Shown one piece after another: positions 14,301-27,900 of a stretch of DNA of 64,000 bases. This DNA comes from Setoptus koraiensis (taxonomy: Eukaryota > Animalia > Arthropoda), in the NCBI GenBank assembly GCA_048013815.1, contig CM106586.1:20212001-20276000 (forward strand), in the 5' to 3' direction. Both the position numbers and the translations under genes were made by a program. Each line of letters begins with the position of its first letter. Position 1 is the stretch's first letter. The notes beneath the pieces were generated by a model that worked only from the letters and a program-made list of their open reading frames with translations, had not been told where the DNA came from and did not search any database.

Positions 14301-17300
14301 CTCGTCGTCGTCGTTCACCTGATGCTGGTCAATCTGGTTTGTCGCCTCAGTGGGTGTCTTGGCGGCGGCGCACAAGTTGTCGTCGTCGTCGATGGGCGGC
14401 GGCGGCGGAATTATCAGGTGCGATATGGCAAAGTCGGCCGCTTCGCTGTCGCAGCCGAACGACGAATTGAAATTGTCAATGGTGTCGGCCAGTCCGACGC
14501 GGCCCATTTTCAGATTATCACTATTGTCGTTGCTGCTAGTGGTGCCGGCGGTCGTCAGACTATCTGTTGCGCCTGGCGGCGGTTGGGCGGTTAGCGCGGG
14601 CGACGGGCAGGGCGCGGGCGGAGGCAAAAGGGGCGCGTCGCTGATGGACAGCGACGAGGATATTGTGGTCTGGGTGGGACATTGGTCGAGCAACAAACTG
14701 TTGTTGTTGACGTTGTCGGCCCGTTGTTTTGCTTGTATGGCCAGGCCGTCTTTTTGTTGCTTGCTGGCCTCCCGTTGCGACATATCCTTGAACTCGCCCG
14801 GTGGATCGATGGTCGACGCGGTCGAGCCCGGCCCCTCAATGGACGAATCTTTGAGGCATCTCGTTGGCGCAGGCACTGCACCGGAAACGGCTACACCTTG
14901 CGGTTTGGCGGGAACCGGGTCGGCCGCGGACTGCTTGCTAGACTGGCTCGACTGGCTCAACTTTTGTTGCTGCAGCTGCCGACTGTCCGCAACCGGAAGT
15001 TGCCCGATCGCGGCCGCGGCAGCGGGCTGGTCCATGGCGGGCGTGTCGTCCTCTTCGTCGCTGTCTACCGACCACTCGTCGCTGCCATCGTCGGCACCCT
15101 CCTCGTCCTCGTAGTAGGCGGCCTGGTGACGGTCTTGGTTGATGCGGCCGGCCGCGCCGGGTAAGTGCGCTGGCAAGTGTCGCTCGTAGTCGGCCCGGTC
15201 GGGGTCACGCCGGCGCTGATGGGGGCCCGCGTGAAAGACCGCTGAAGCGCCGCTGCTGTCATATCTCGATCTGGCGGGCACCTGATCCGTGGCTCGCGGC
15301 TGGCTCGCCGGTCGATTAGCCGCATGTTGGTGTTGTTGTTGTTGTTGTCGGGCAAACATTGATTGATGGTGCGCCGGTAGCGCCGGCTCACGGTTACCCG
15401 TGCTCGTGGACGTGGTCGTGGTGGGCGCGGTGGCCGTGTTTGCCGCAGACAAGCTCGTCGAGGTATCTGGCGACGATGACGCAATTGCACGTGGCGACGA
15501 CAAAGATGGCGGCACCCCAACCAGCTGTTGTTGTGGTGCGGGGGCGGCGGATGACGCAATATTGGTTGTTGGTGCAACGCGATGATGTTGTTGTTTTTGT
15601 TGCTTTTGTTGTTGTTGTTGCTGGTTGTTGCGCTGTTCACTCACCTGTTCTTTTGGCACTTGGTTTTGGTCTGATCTGAATCTCTGGCGCTGCTGTTTGT
15701 GATAGTGTTGTTGTTGTTGTTGTTGTTGTTGTTGCTGTTGCTGCTGTTGTTGCTTGGGCTGCTGACCGCTCTTGACGACACCGCTGCCCGTGGGCGTGGA
15801 CGTGGCCGTGGAGGCCTGCGACGACGACAACTGCCAATTGTTGACCGCGGCGTTGGTGCTGCTTATCTGGTGCGACGACGACGCCGACGACAGTGGCGCC
15901 ATCAGGTGATAAGCGGTTATTTCCGTTTGGGTGGCTTGCGTTTTCATGGGTATGGGCAATTTTTTAAAAATGGTCTTTGTTTGCTGCTGCTGGTGGTGCT
16001 GTCTATCTGTCACATTGTCGCGCTGTTGCTGTTTTGCATATGACGCGGCGCCACCTGTATAGTGCTGCTGCTGCTGCTGTTGACATAGGCCCGTTTGCGA
16101 CTTGCCCGACGCGGTCGCCAGGCGCTGGCCCGCTTGCGCGGTGTGCGCCGGCTGCCCGTAGCCGCCGGTGACAAGTCGGTCAACTTGACCGGCCTGGCTG
16201 GCGTTCACTATTTGCTGATGCGATTGAGGTGGATACCTATTGCTGTTGAGCAAGAGTTGCTGCTGCTGCTGGTGACTGAGAATCATGCCGGGCCGCTGCG
16301 CCGTCACCGACGACAGCGACAAACTCGAGGACACGGACGAGCCCATTGAGGCCGGCTCCGTTGCGCCGTCCGCAACCACGCCGTCGGGCGCCGCGCCCGG
16401 CAGCGACGCAAGCCCGTGGCCCGGCACACTTGTGGGCAGCATAGTGTGGCCACCCATTTGCTGGCCGGCCGAAAAATTGGGGTCCGCGGCTGGCCAGCTG
16501 GCCAGCTGTGATTGTTGCTGGTTGACTGGCACGGGCGACACCGCCAGCGACGCGTCGACAGTTTGACTGCGTGACATTTCGCCGAAACTGACATGTTTTG
16601 AGCGTTGATTGGACAACAGACTTGATTGTTTGCTACTATCTCTCACAGTGATTTGTTTGTTTTCGGGGCCCAGCGGCTGTGTGTGTGTGTGTGCAAACAA
16701 TTCCGCCAACAATTTAACCAGTGCACAGTTTTATTTCCCAGAACAATCGATGCGTTAATGGGGAGCGGAGAAAATTGATTAGACTAGAGGCGAGTGAAAA
16801 GAGAGCGAGAGAGTGAAAATTGTGCAACTCGCAGCGACAAATCCCGCACTGCCCATACTTTCGAGAGACGAAATCCCGAAAAATGTCGCCTCTGAACATT
16901 TCGCCACTGGGGATTCTTCGCTGATAAGTAGGTCAACAGAACCACGCAAAAATTGTATTTTTTTTTTGTGTGAGAAAGCCGGATCTGCCAATTGTCACAC
17001 AGACAGAAACAGTCGAAATTCGTTGCTCTCGGCACGCACAAACGCACTCGATTCATGGCCACCGATAGAGGCGCCTCTGAAAATTTTCATTTTAGACGCC
17101 GAAATGTTTCTCTCTCTCTCATTTCTGGAATTTTCATCCAGAATCTGAAAAAAATACAATGGAAATTTTGGCTCTAGCACTACGAATTTCGCTCCGGAAG
17201 AATGCAGCTGGAGGAAGGATCTGCACGGGGTCAGCTCCGAAAAGAGGCACTCACAAATGACTGCATTCGCGAAGGAAGAAAATTTTCCGGAAAATTTTCC

Positions 17301-18583
17301 AGAAATTTTTCCAGAAATTTTTGCGGAAATTTTTCCGGAAATTTTTCCAGAAATTTTGCGAAAATTTTCGGAAAAAACATTTTTCCGAAGATTCCCAGAA
17401 CAACCATTTTTCCGGGAATTTCCGGAAAAAACGTTTTCTCTTGACCGACGTTGAAAGCATCAAGACTCACCTGTAGGGGGCCCCTGAGAGGCGTTTCGTT
17501 GCCGTCTAGCGACGACTCTTGGCTGCCGCGAGCCAGACAGGCCCTGAATATGGATCTGGGTTTATGAGATTGGTGATGTTGGTGGTGGCGATGTCGATGG
17601 CGATGATGATGGTCGTCGTTGCTGCTGGTGCTGGTGCTACTGCTGCTGTTGCTCTGGTTTGAAGTACAACCTAATTGAGTGATGCTGATATTTGTTGAAT
17701 CTTTTATAGAATTTAAATTTGGCATAGAGAAACAAGCGGAAAATAGGGCACTAGCGGCACTTCGGGACCTTGGCAGCGCCCTGCCGGTTTGTTGTTTTGG
17801 GTCGTCGGGCCGGTTTTCGTCGGGGTACAGTTGTTGCTGCTGCTGTTCGCCATTAGCTTGATTGCTGGCTCGGCGGGCGTCTTTCTTTTTGTTTTGTTTA
17901 TTACTGGCTTGCTGTGTTGTGTTCTTGTTGTCGCTCGAGCTAGATCTGGCTTGCATGTTGCTTCCGGTTGGCGTGCCGTCCGCATTGAAGCAAGCAAAAT
18001 TTCTCTCTTGTGCGTTGGCGGTGCTTAATGGGGCGTTTGTTGAGGCATTGAAATTATTATTATCAGTGTCATCTCGCTGCTGCTTGGCCTTGTTTTTTAC
18101 CTTTGATGGGCCAGTGGCGGCCAAGAGGCCAGAGCTCACTAATTCATTTTTGTGCCTATGTTGGGGCTGCTGCCTGGCGCTGTTGGCCTGGTCGCCGGTT
18201 TGCGCTGCCAGCGCCGCCGCCGCCGGCTGCCTAGACGCAAATCGGCTGGCGCTGGCCAGATCATCGCTGGGGCCCAGACAATATTGTTCGCGAAAATCTT
18301 CGCGCGAATACGAAATCTGATAATTGGAATGATAGGGCGTTGGATGGAGTTGGGCTGGCTGCTGGGCCGCCTGCTGGAGCGGCGGTTGCTGTTGCTGCTG
18401 CTGCTGATGATGAAATTGCGACGCTTGCGCCGGGGTTGCGGGCCCCAGCGAGGGCATCGTCTGACTGGACCTCATTAGTGATAATTTGTTGCTGTTGTCG
18501 GTGCTGTCGTTGTTGTTGTTGTTGTTGCTGCTGCTGTTGATATATTGCAAATGTTGGCTCGTCGTCCGCAACTGCTCATGCAT
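11388..18583 (-). CDS. Giant low-complexity (Q/N/S/D/T-rich), probably intrinsically disordered protein, ~2,100 aa; the N-terminus may be incomplete
   Basis: ORFs 17231-18583 and 11388-16712 join in phase 0. Donor CAG|GTGAGT ends the exon at 17471 and acceptor ACACAG|CCG starts the next at 16676, giving ...PLRGPLQ|PLGPENK.... A second intron 11391-11480 (GTAAGT...TTTTGCAG, 90 nt) is followed directly by TAA. Model: complement(join(11388..11390,11481..16676,17471..18583)). No folded domain recognised. The first ATG sits beside a possible acceptor (GAGCAG|TTG), so upstream exons are possible. Confidence 0.8.
17279..17371. repeat. Intronic 12-bp near-palindromic A/T-tract tandem repeat (AAAWTTTTSCRG) x6 plus 2 degenerate units
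   Basis: Units at 17279, 17291, 17303, 17315, 17327 and 17339 are exactly 12 bp. Confidence 0.9.
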
Positions 18584-20458
18584 ATATTTATAAATTATTT
18601 GCTCAGCAGCTAAATAATTTATCGCTTGCTAAATGCCAAATAATCAAATTGATCAATGATTGTGTGATCGCAATATCGCCTATTCGCTGTGTCTGGCCGC
18701 AGCTGCGTTTGGTTCATGTCGTGACACTCGTGGTGCTATACGTGTTGGCACAATATTCTGTTATATATCTCGGCGTGTGTTGTTTTGTTTGGGGTATTTT
18801 TGTCTGGCGTATTTTCGTCTGGCCTATCTTGTTTGGCGTATTTTGTTTGGCGTATTTTCGCTTGGAGTATCGGCGTGCGCGTCACTGCAATGCAATTCGG
18901 GCTGCTGCTCGTTGGCTCAGTAGGCTCAGTTGGCGGGGCCCCACGGCCCATTTGACAGCACTCAATTGTTGGTTGGCGAAATATGTTGTGAGCAATTATC
19001 AGTTGCAATCATGTGAGCACAATAGTAACAATTATCTCTGATGGGTGGCGGGGGCCGAGCGGCTAATGTGAGCCCGTTGCGGATTGCACGGGATTGTTTA
19101 TTTTGTGCTGCTGCTGCTGCTATTGCCGCTGTTGTTGCCGCTGTTGAGACGTTTAGACGCTCAGACGGTCGGTGGCGCAATGCGAGTTGGCACAATCGAA
19201 TTGGCACAGCAGCGGGACTGTGATTTTTTATCTATGCAGCGGGGTTCGTTGAGCCCGACGGGGGCCGATCAATCAGCTGATTGGCGAGCGTTCTTTTATT
19301 TGCTCTTTTGTCAACAAGGCGATCTCGCGATTGCGCTTCTTTTGGCTGCTGCTCGCTGACAATTCAAGCCAATTCGGGCGAAACTCGGCGATCTGGCTGC
19401 TGGCCACTGGCTGCTGAGGCTATTGAATTAACTTGAGTTGCGACGGGCCGACGGGTGAAAAATGTGACAACAACGAGCGCTGCAAAAAACGTTGCCTCTG
19501 TCGCTCGCTTGCTGCTGCTGCGGCCTCCACGACGACAACAGCGTGGTTTACGTTTCCCGTTGCGTTAACAGCGGCGGGCGACGACGAGATGGTATCACTC
19601 TGGCTGCTGGCCGCCCATTTGCACTGGCGCTTTTGGCAATTCTAGTCGTGGGCCGATTCTCGTCGGCTGCTTGTCGGCTGCTCGCTAACTGCTCGTGGCG
19701 GCTGCCAATAGGTCGGGCGCCCCAACTAGGTCAGTTAATTCCGCTGTGCGGATGTGTGTGTGTGTGTGTGCGGGCTTTTCTTGTCGGGCCGGGCCGGGCG
19801 TCTTGCGTCGGGCGCCTTGTATCGGGCGTCTTGTATATTATCGGTGTTGTCGCTAAACTACTCGTGTCGCCAATATTTCGGGTGTTGCTGCTGGCTTGCT
19901 GACTCAACTGCGAACGAATGAAGCCTCGTCGTCGTGTCGCCCTGACTTCCTCGAGCCGCTGCTGCTGCTGCTGCTGGCGTGATCCGTGATACAATTCTCG
20001 CTAGGTGACTCTGCTGTGTCTGCGCACCATATCGCACCATAATTGCGCACTGCAACTACATTGGAATGTTGCCCTCTGGCCGCCGCCGCTGCCGTTGACG
20101 CTGGCGCTCGCTGGGCCGCGCCGAGCGGATCCAATCCGCTGGCCCGGTCGCTGAGCATGAGTGCGCCACATTGCGACTGTGCCGCCCCGCGTCCGCTCCG
20201 GCGGCGCTCTCTCAAAGCCGCGAGGCGGCTCGCCGGAGCGAGCTCAGTTGGCAGCTGGGGGCGGCGGTGCGCGAACAGCCACTCGCTGGCGTCATGGCCG
20301 CGCCGTCACAGCCGCCGCTTACAGCTCACATAGCGGCAGTATTACGTAGCAGCAGTATTACATGGCAGCCGTATTACATAATAGCGCTCCCAGAGTCGAC
20401 AACGGGCGCCAGCCAGCGCTTGCCGCGCCAGCTCGCGAACGCCTCTATGCGCGCGGCA

Positions 20459-20590
20459 CACGCCAACACACAGCGAACAGCACGCCAAAACACGGCGAAC
20501 AGCACGCCAAAACTCGGCGAACGGCACGCCAAAACTCGGCGAGCAGCACGCCAAAACTCGGCGAACAGCACGCCAAAACTCGGCGAGCAG
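20459..20590. repeat. 22-bp minisatellite CACGCCAAAACTCGGCGAACAG x6
   Basis: Six consecutive 22-bp units with few substitutions. Confidence 0.9.
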
Positions 20591-23500
20591 GGGGCGCTGC
20601 GCGCGCTTGCAGCCACACACCAACGAGTCGCTAGGCGCACACACAACCCTGGCACCCTTGGGCGCCCTAGCGTAAGTCAGCTGCGGCCCGATGGAAGCGT
20701 CGAGAAGGAAGCGCCGCGCCGCGCACTCCATCACTGGCTGCCTTCCCCCGCCGTCCCGTTCTTTGCGGCGCCACAAACTATTCTCCGCCCATCGGCACCC
20801 CAATTGTTGTTCGCGACGGGCAGCCCGTCTTTTGTGCCACCGCCAGCCACTGGCTGGTGCCCGGCAGCGCTAGGCGCGCTACCGCTAGTCGCGCCACATT
20901 AGCGCGCACTCAGCTAGACCACATCGGCCCGGTCCTCTGAGGCCTTGGAGGCCAGCCCGCGCTAGGCCGGCTCGCCGGCGGGCTGGGCCAGCCGGGCCGA
21001 TTGTTGTGCGTGCCACCCGGCCAGCCTGGGCGGCACTGGGGCCCGGGCGGCACTGGGGCCTGGCGCCGACGCTAGGCGCACTAGCGCGGCTGTGCGCGAA
21101 AATTCCTGTCGCGGGCCCAATATTTCGCCAGCGCGAATTGGCGCCCCTCTCAGCGCTGTCGGCGCTATCGGCGCTGTCGGCGCTATCGGCGCTGTCGGCG
21201 CTGTCGGGCCCGTTCAGCTGGCTCGGGCGAAAATCCGCCAGCCAGCCACTCGCGCGGGCCCCTCGTGCTCAGCGCGTGCGGCAGCGGGGCCGGCCCTGTT
21301 GTGACGTGTTGGCGGCCATGTTAGGTGGCGCCGCCGTTTGCCTGGCGCAGCGTCCTGTTACGCAATGTTCGCGCGCCACATTACGCAACGCGCGTTTGTT
21401 TATATCGGGCACGGGGGCGCCACAGACTGTAAAGTGGGCCGAGTTGCGTGAAGAGTGTATTAGAGTTGTATTAGAGAGTGCACAGTGAAGATGATATATC
21501 AGAGCAGAATGGAAATAGAGACGAAAGGGTGCGAAAGGATCTGTGCGCCCTTTCGCGTTTTCAGCGCGCCTCGGCACAACAATGTTTGCCCGGATTGGCG
21601 CCCCCCCCCCTCACCCGACTGGCTGCAAATGCATTAGAGTATTAGAGAGGAAATAGAGATGAAGTATTAGAGCGGCGCCAGTGTTAGCGCTGGCAGCGGG
21701 ACAGCCCGGCGTATTAACAGCAAGCTTGTTTCTTGTTCGGGGGCGCCTGTTCGGGGGGAAAGGGGGGTACTTAGCAAAACAGCGCGCGCCGAGTGCCACA
21801 CAAAGGGGCCCTGGCAAGACAGTTCGGGCCGCTCGTCGCTGGCTGGTAAGTGGCGCACTAGTGATAACGATGAAGCGGCATACTAATCGTTCTCTATCCG
21901 CTCTATATAGCTCTCTGCGGCGGATAGAGCGCGATCGCCCGTCCTTTGGCTAGCTCGCCAGTCCTTTGGCTAGCTCGCCCGTCCGCTTGCTCGCCCGCCG
22001 CCCGTCCGCCGGCTAGCTCGCCGTCGGCCCGTGGCCCGTCCGCTGGCCGCCGGCCCGGCGAGCCTGCGAGCTGGCAGCGAACATCCATTAGATTAATGGC
22101 ACTGACGGCGGTTGCGGCGGCGGCTAGGTGGCGCTGCAGCGGGGCTCATTGTTTCTCATTGATTGGAATATTGTTGTTGTGCAGTTGGCGCGCTCGCCGC
22201 AAACAACTCATAACGGGTTGCGCCGGCCCGTCCACTCGCACCGCCGTATCGGCCCGTCTCGCGCCGCCATGTCTCATACCGGCGCGCGCCGTTGCATCGG
22301 GCCGGCCGACGGCACGAGACGGCACGAGACGCGGCGACAGACGGCGAGCGATCGGGGGCCAACGGGGGCGCCAAGGACGAGCGGACAGGCGCGACGGACG
22401 GACGGCCGCAGCGGCGGCAACATTTATCCAAATCCATTATCCATCGAGATTATATCATCATCATTTATCCGACAAGCGCCACTCATTGTTATTCTGCGCC
22501 TTCGCGCGCTGACTGATGACTTGTGTGATTTTAACGTCAGTTATACTGCATTTATAGACGGCTTGCGCTCACACTTATCCAGCCAGCAAAAGCAATAGAA
22601 CAGAAACAAATAAAACATACACAAATAGCCGCGCAGATCGATCAATCGAATCAAGATCGGGATCAGGCGCTGCCGGCCCCCTGTCCGCATGCCCGACAAC
22701 AAATACAACACGAATAGATAGCGACGAGCCAACGACCAGTGACATTATTATGGGGCCAGACGTCGGGCGGCGAGCAATCTGCGCCCAGCGACAAGGCGGG
22801 GGCCATTTTATTGTGCGCCGGCGGAGCTCCCGTTGGCGCCCGAGTGCGCGTTTATGCGGCCGTCGCGCTTCACGCTTGCTCTCGGCGCTTACTGCTGGCC
22901 GGCCGGCCGGAGCCCACACTCACTGGCCGGCCGGGCCCGCACCGAGACGCTGGCGACTGACGCGACGACAAACGCCCACCGGCCCGATTGTTGTGTCGCG
23001 CCGCGTCCAGCTTGCGTGGCTCGCTGATGCGACAGGGCGCTTGTTTGCGCTCATGTCGCCAGTCTTGTGTCTACTCTTGCGTCGCCCCGTTTGCGCTGTG
23101 CTGCGCAGCGAGCAACAGTCAGCGCACAGCACAGGCGAATTTGGCGAGGCGCCGTTTGCGGTGGCCGCACAGCTCGTTAGCATGCACGGCGATACGGCCG
23201 CCCGACCTAGCGACGCTGGCGCTAGGTCACGGGCCGCGCAAAAAGTTTCGGCGAGCGAGCTGGCGCCCTCGGTCGGACAGCGACGGGCCGGCCGGACAGC
23301 TGGCCACTTACGCTGGCTGCAGTTGCGGCGGCGGCGGGGGGGGGGCGCGATGTTTGTTTGCGCGCAATTGTTTGTTTGTTTGTTTGTCGCTAGGCGCTCG
23401 CAGCTTGTTATCTCGCGGCAACAGCAACAACGCGGACATGTCGGCAGCGACAACAACCGGCCATGACGATCGCTCAACTGTTTGCCCATTATTTATTATT

Positions 23501-24097
23501 GGTAGTCATTGGATAGACAGGCCGCGCACATGGGCGCTTTGATAAGGCGCCACTAAGACAACAGCGCGAGCAATCGCATAAATCGCATCGGATCAGCGAG
23601 CCCATCTGGCGCCCTCTGTCACGGGCCGGGGCGCCACCGGTCCCAGTGGGCGCGTCTCGACACGCCGTCTGGCGCGCCGAGATGCCCGGGGAGCGCGGCG
23701 CAGGCGGTCGGCGGGAGCGGCGCGGCCTTGGCTTTGGCCGGGGCCCGGCGCTCTCGATGATCATTATCGTTATTAGTGTTGTTGTTATTATTACTATTAT
23801 TCATGATATTATTTTATCGGCGGCGCTGCGCGTGTTGGCCCGTGCGCTCGGCCGCCACTTGATCAAAGTGTCTCCGGGACGCGCGGGCGCAGCCGTCGGG
23901 GCACGGCCGGCCCGGCACAAAAGAATAACAAAACTATTGTGCCCGTCAATTCAATATTTGCTTAAGCGACAAGTGCATTTGCGGCGCTCGCTTAGCGGGC
24001 CCTTTGTTTCGCTGGCGCACTGACTCTGCGTTGGCATCGACTCGCCCGACGGTCGCTGGCGATGCGAGCGCCGCCGCCAACAACAACAACGACAACG

Positions 24098-24220
<123 letters not shown>

Positions 24221-24609
24221 ACAACAACATATGCCGCCACACTGCGCCGATTGAGCGCGCGCAACCACGTACCTGGCGGCCGCGCACGAGTTCGGGCACG
24301 CGTTGTCGGCGCAAAATGTAAATTGGTGCACGGCGAGTTGACTTTAAATTGGCAAATCATTGCCAACTGAACCAGACATCAATCACCCAAACGAGGCACC
24401 CATACGACGCCGCTGCACCTGCCCGGCCCCGGCCCCATTCCGAGTGCGTGCACGTAGCCGCAATCCAACTGTGCACACAACACGTACGCTGGTCAGGTAG
24501 GCCCCGTTGGTGGCACGTGCAGCGCGCGCACAACAAACGAGTTGTGCCGTGCGCACTCGCTCGCCCCAATTCCAAATTTTTGCTTGAAATTACGGCGCAA
24601 TTGTGCGTT

Positions 24610-24995
24610 TGTTGTTCGGGTTGTTCGGGTTGTTCGGGTTGCTCGGGTTGCTCGGGTTGCTCGGGTTGCTCGGGTTGCTCGGGTTATTCGGTTGCTCGGT
24701 TGTTCGGGTTGTTTGCCCCTCTCTCCCGCTCCGGCTGCTAGTTTGTGCAATCCGCGCGCCCCAAGAGCGGCCATGATTTATCATTCCGGCCCGCCGGTGG
24801 CCCGGATTGCGCAAGCTATCGGTGGCGCACTGCGCGCCAACAAGTCCCGACCGTCGGTAATTGCCGGCGATGATTGCGAGTGGCTGCTGTGCACAATTGT
24901 TCAGTCTCAATCTCAATTTCAATTTCAACTGGCAACTGGCAACTGGCAACCGGCAACCGGCAACCGGCAACCGGCAACGGGCAACCGGCAACGAG
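24610..24995. repeat. Two short tandem arrays: (TCGGGTTGY) x~8 and (GGCAACY) x~9
   Basis: Read directly at about 24615-24690 and 24930-24995. Confidence 0.85.
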
Positions 24996-27900
24996 CCCAA
25001 TGAGTCTTGCCAATTGTCATCCGTCTTGTCGCTAGGTGCGCTGTGTGACGGTGTCGTCGTATTTGCATAATAATTGTGCAAATAGCCTGTGCGTGCCCCG
25101 TCGCCGCCAGTCGCTGATCGTGGCCGCCAGTCGCCGATAGTCGCTACTAGTCGCACCACGTCACTAGACGTCGCTAGTGGCTCGCCGTCGCTAGACTTCG
25201 CTAGACTGGCAGCAAACAAAGTGTCTAACAAACTGGAGAAATCAGCCAGCTAGACAAGTTTGCCAGATCGAGATTTGCCGAGACGCCGCCTGACATGTGT
25301 CGGCCGCATGCCTGTCTGTCTGTCTCGGGGTGCAATTGTGTGCAGCGGATGTGTTTGGCACAACAAACGCACGGGGCCCCCCGTCTGACGGCCAACTAGT
25401 GAACTGTAACGAGGAGAGAAATTAATATTAATCATGATATCTTTTTAACGAGCGTTCGGCCAGCACATGTGCAATCGTGGCGCCAGCCGACGGGGGCCGT
25501 CGCGAGCCCAAACAAACATGTATACAAATACAAATATATACAGATATATATGAACGGATACATATAAACGGATATATATATACGGATATATATATCCGTA
25601 TATATATATGCTCGGCGAGCGAGCCTCAAACGGGCGCAAATCTGATTTATGTACAGTTATGTTGCGTTTGTTTGTTGTGTACAATTTTGGCGTACGCCAA
25701 TGGCGACACTTGGGCACAATGGCGCAACAACAGCAACAACGGCAACAGCGGCAACAACGGCGACAGCGGCAACAACGGCGACAACTGCAACAACAACAGC
25801 GACACAACGGCCACATCAACAAAACATGAGCGTCATCTGCATGCTCCCTATTCATTGATCGCATATAAATTGTCATATATCCCCACTGTGGCAACAACAA
25901 CAACAACAACAACAACAACGGAATGCATAAATATTAATGGCATGTCTCTGTGTCATCTCGCCCATTTGTGCCCCCATCCGACGGTGAATCCGTGATGAAT
26001 CTCTGCATGTGTATGCCGGGTATTCACCCATATTCTAAATACTCGTTTGGGTCAACTGTCGGTGGGATCTTTCGCTGGCGAGAGCTGGCTCGCTCGATCG
26101 AATGCGCTGACACATTAAGCTGGCTGGTTTAATATATCCAGCCATCTAGTGGATTTTGTCGCCGCTTATTTTATATATCGCGGCGTGCGGATAATCCGGG
26201 CTTTTTCGACACATTCGCATGCTATCACAATGACAAACTTGAACACAAAAAGATGGCTCCGTTGAACTCAATAATGGGCGCCAGAGTGCAATAAAGTGCA
26301 CACACTCGCCAGCAGCAAGCATATGCCTCGTGCGGCCCGTGAATATCCACACCTGAATAATTTCAGGCACAATTCGAGGGGGCCGGGGTCGGCTCGTCGG
26401 GCAATTCAATAACGACGGGTGCATCAGATTCACAGACGGATAGCTCATTTGGCAGACGGATAGCTCATTTCGCAGATGAGCTATCCGTCGCATTTCGCAG
26501 ATGGGGCCCGATTTTGCGCAGATCTGGGGCGATATCCGCGCTCGCTCGAATGGGCCAACGAATGTCAATCGAGATGTGACAAACAAACATCCAGCTAATT
26601 CCGACGAAACTGCCGCCAGTCGGTAACACTCGATAAACTCAGGTGAGCCGCGTTGCAAGGGCCCCAAAGTTGCGCGTAATTTGATTTGATATTGCACATT
26701 TGAAGCGACGTTAAGTACTGGCCGATGAGCTGTTTGGGGCGCTGGCTCCGACAACAACTGGCTACAGTCGATGATTTGGCGCGGCCATCAGACCGCGATG
26801 ATGAGAACAGGGCAACTGTGTCGCAGTTGCGAGGCCAACTTTGCCACAGTTGTGAGGCCCCATCGTGTCGCGACACACAATGGGCCCCATTTTAGAGCTG
26901 CTGCTGGCGCTGCCGCCGCTGGCAAAAAGTCACATAACTTACATCGTGTATGGGTGCAGCTGTGAAGCTGGCGCCCAGATTGTTGGTGGCGCTGCAACGG
27001 TGCGACAAGTGCCAATACTTGAATGGGGCCCGGCAATTGCAAACTATCAAAGTATCAACTATTGTGTGTGACAATAATACCATCATATTGCAAGCCGGCG
27101 CTAGCTCCGACAATATCCAACAATGGCCGCCAAATGTATGCTGGCGCCACTCGCCAGTGACAGTGAGCGGGCCGCCGACACTTGAGCTGGCGCGGTTGCG
27201 GGCCGGCTGCCGACCGAGCGGCCACCCGAGGAGCAACGGAACGTGCCGGCGCCAACAGCAATCGGCGGCCAATGGCAGCAATTGCAAGCGCGATCCGGGC
27301 CCCAAAGATCCGCGCCGCGCCCGAGTCGCTCGCTCGGGCCCCGCTCGCTGAACAGAGTCCGCGGGTACAGAGTCTGTGATACCGAGTGTGCGACGCGGAG
27401 GCGAAAAAAGCCGCGCCGACACTCGCTGTTGGCACCGCCATTCATTTCGTTTCATCGAGAGCAGTTGATGATACTATCTATGCGAACGCGAGCGCTAAGT
27501 GACGCCGTCGAGCGCTCGCGTTTGCGGCTTGGTTGGTTTGGTTGAATGGGCCCCACGAGCGTCTGGCTCGAGGGCCAGCATGGCGCGTAGGTCGACGACT
27601 GGCGGCCGAGCAACAAAATTTAGCTTTAAAGTTCAAAATGCGCAATGGCTCCATCAGGGCAATTGTGGGGCCCTTGGCGAGCCAGTTTCTCACTGAGAAA
27701 TTCTCAGCCAGCCGAAACGTTTGTCCGCAATGCGCTTTGGCATTGTCTCGGCGCTGCCTTGCAAACGCTCGCCGGGGCCCCCGGTGCCGATGTCGTCATT
27801 CAGGGACAAGTTGTGGTTAGCGAGCGAGCGAGCTGTGTGTGTGTCGATATGACTCCGCTAAGTGATTAACTGAGTTTGTCAGCCTAAGTGACTTTTGCTC

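Noticed and set aside
11570-16566. Many long plus-strand and alternate-frame ORFs (e.g. 14350-15114, 12436-12957, 13558-14115)
   Set aside because: They are shadow ORFs opposite the GC-rich, CAN-repeat-rich coding exon; stop depletion is expected and they show no domains.
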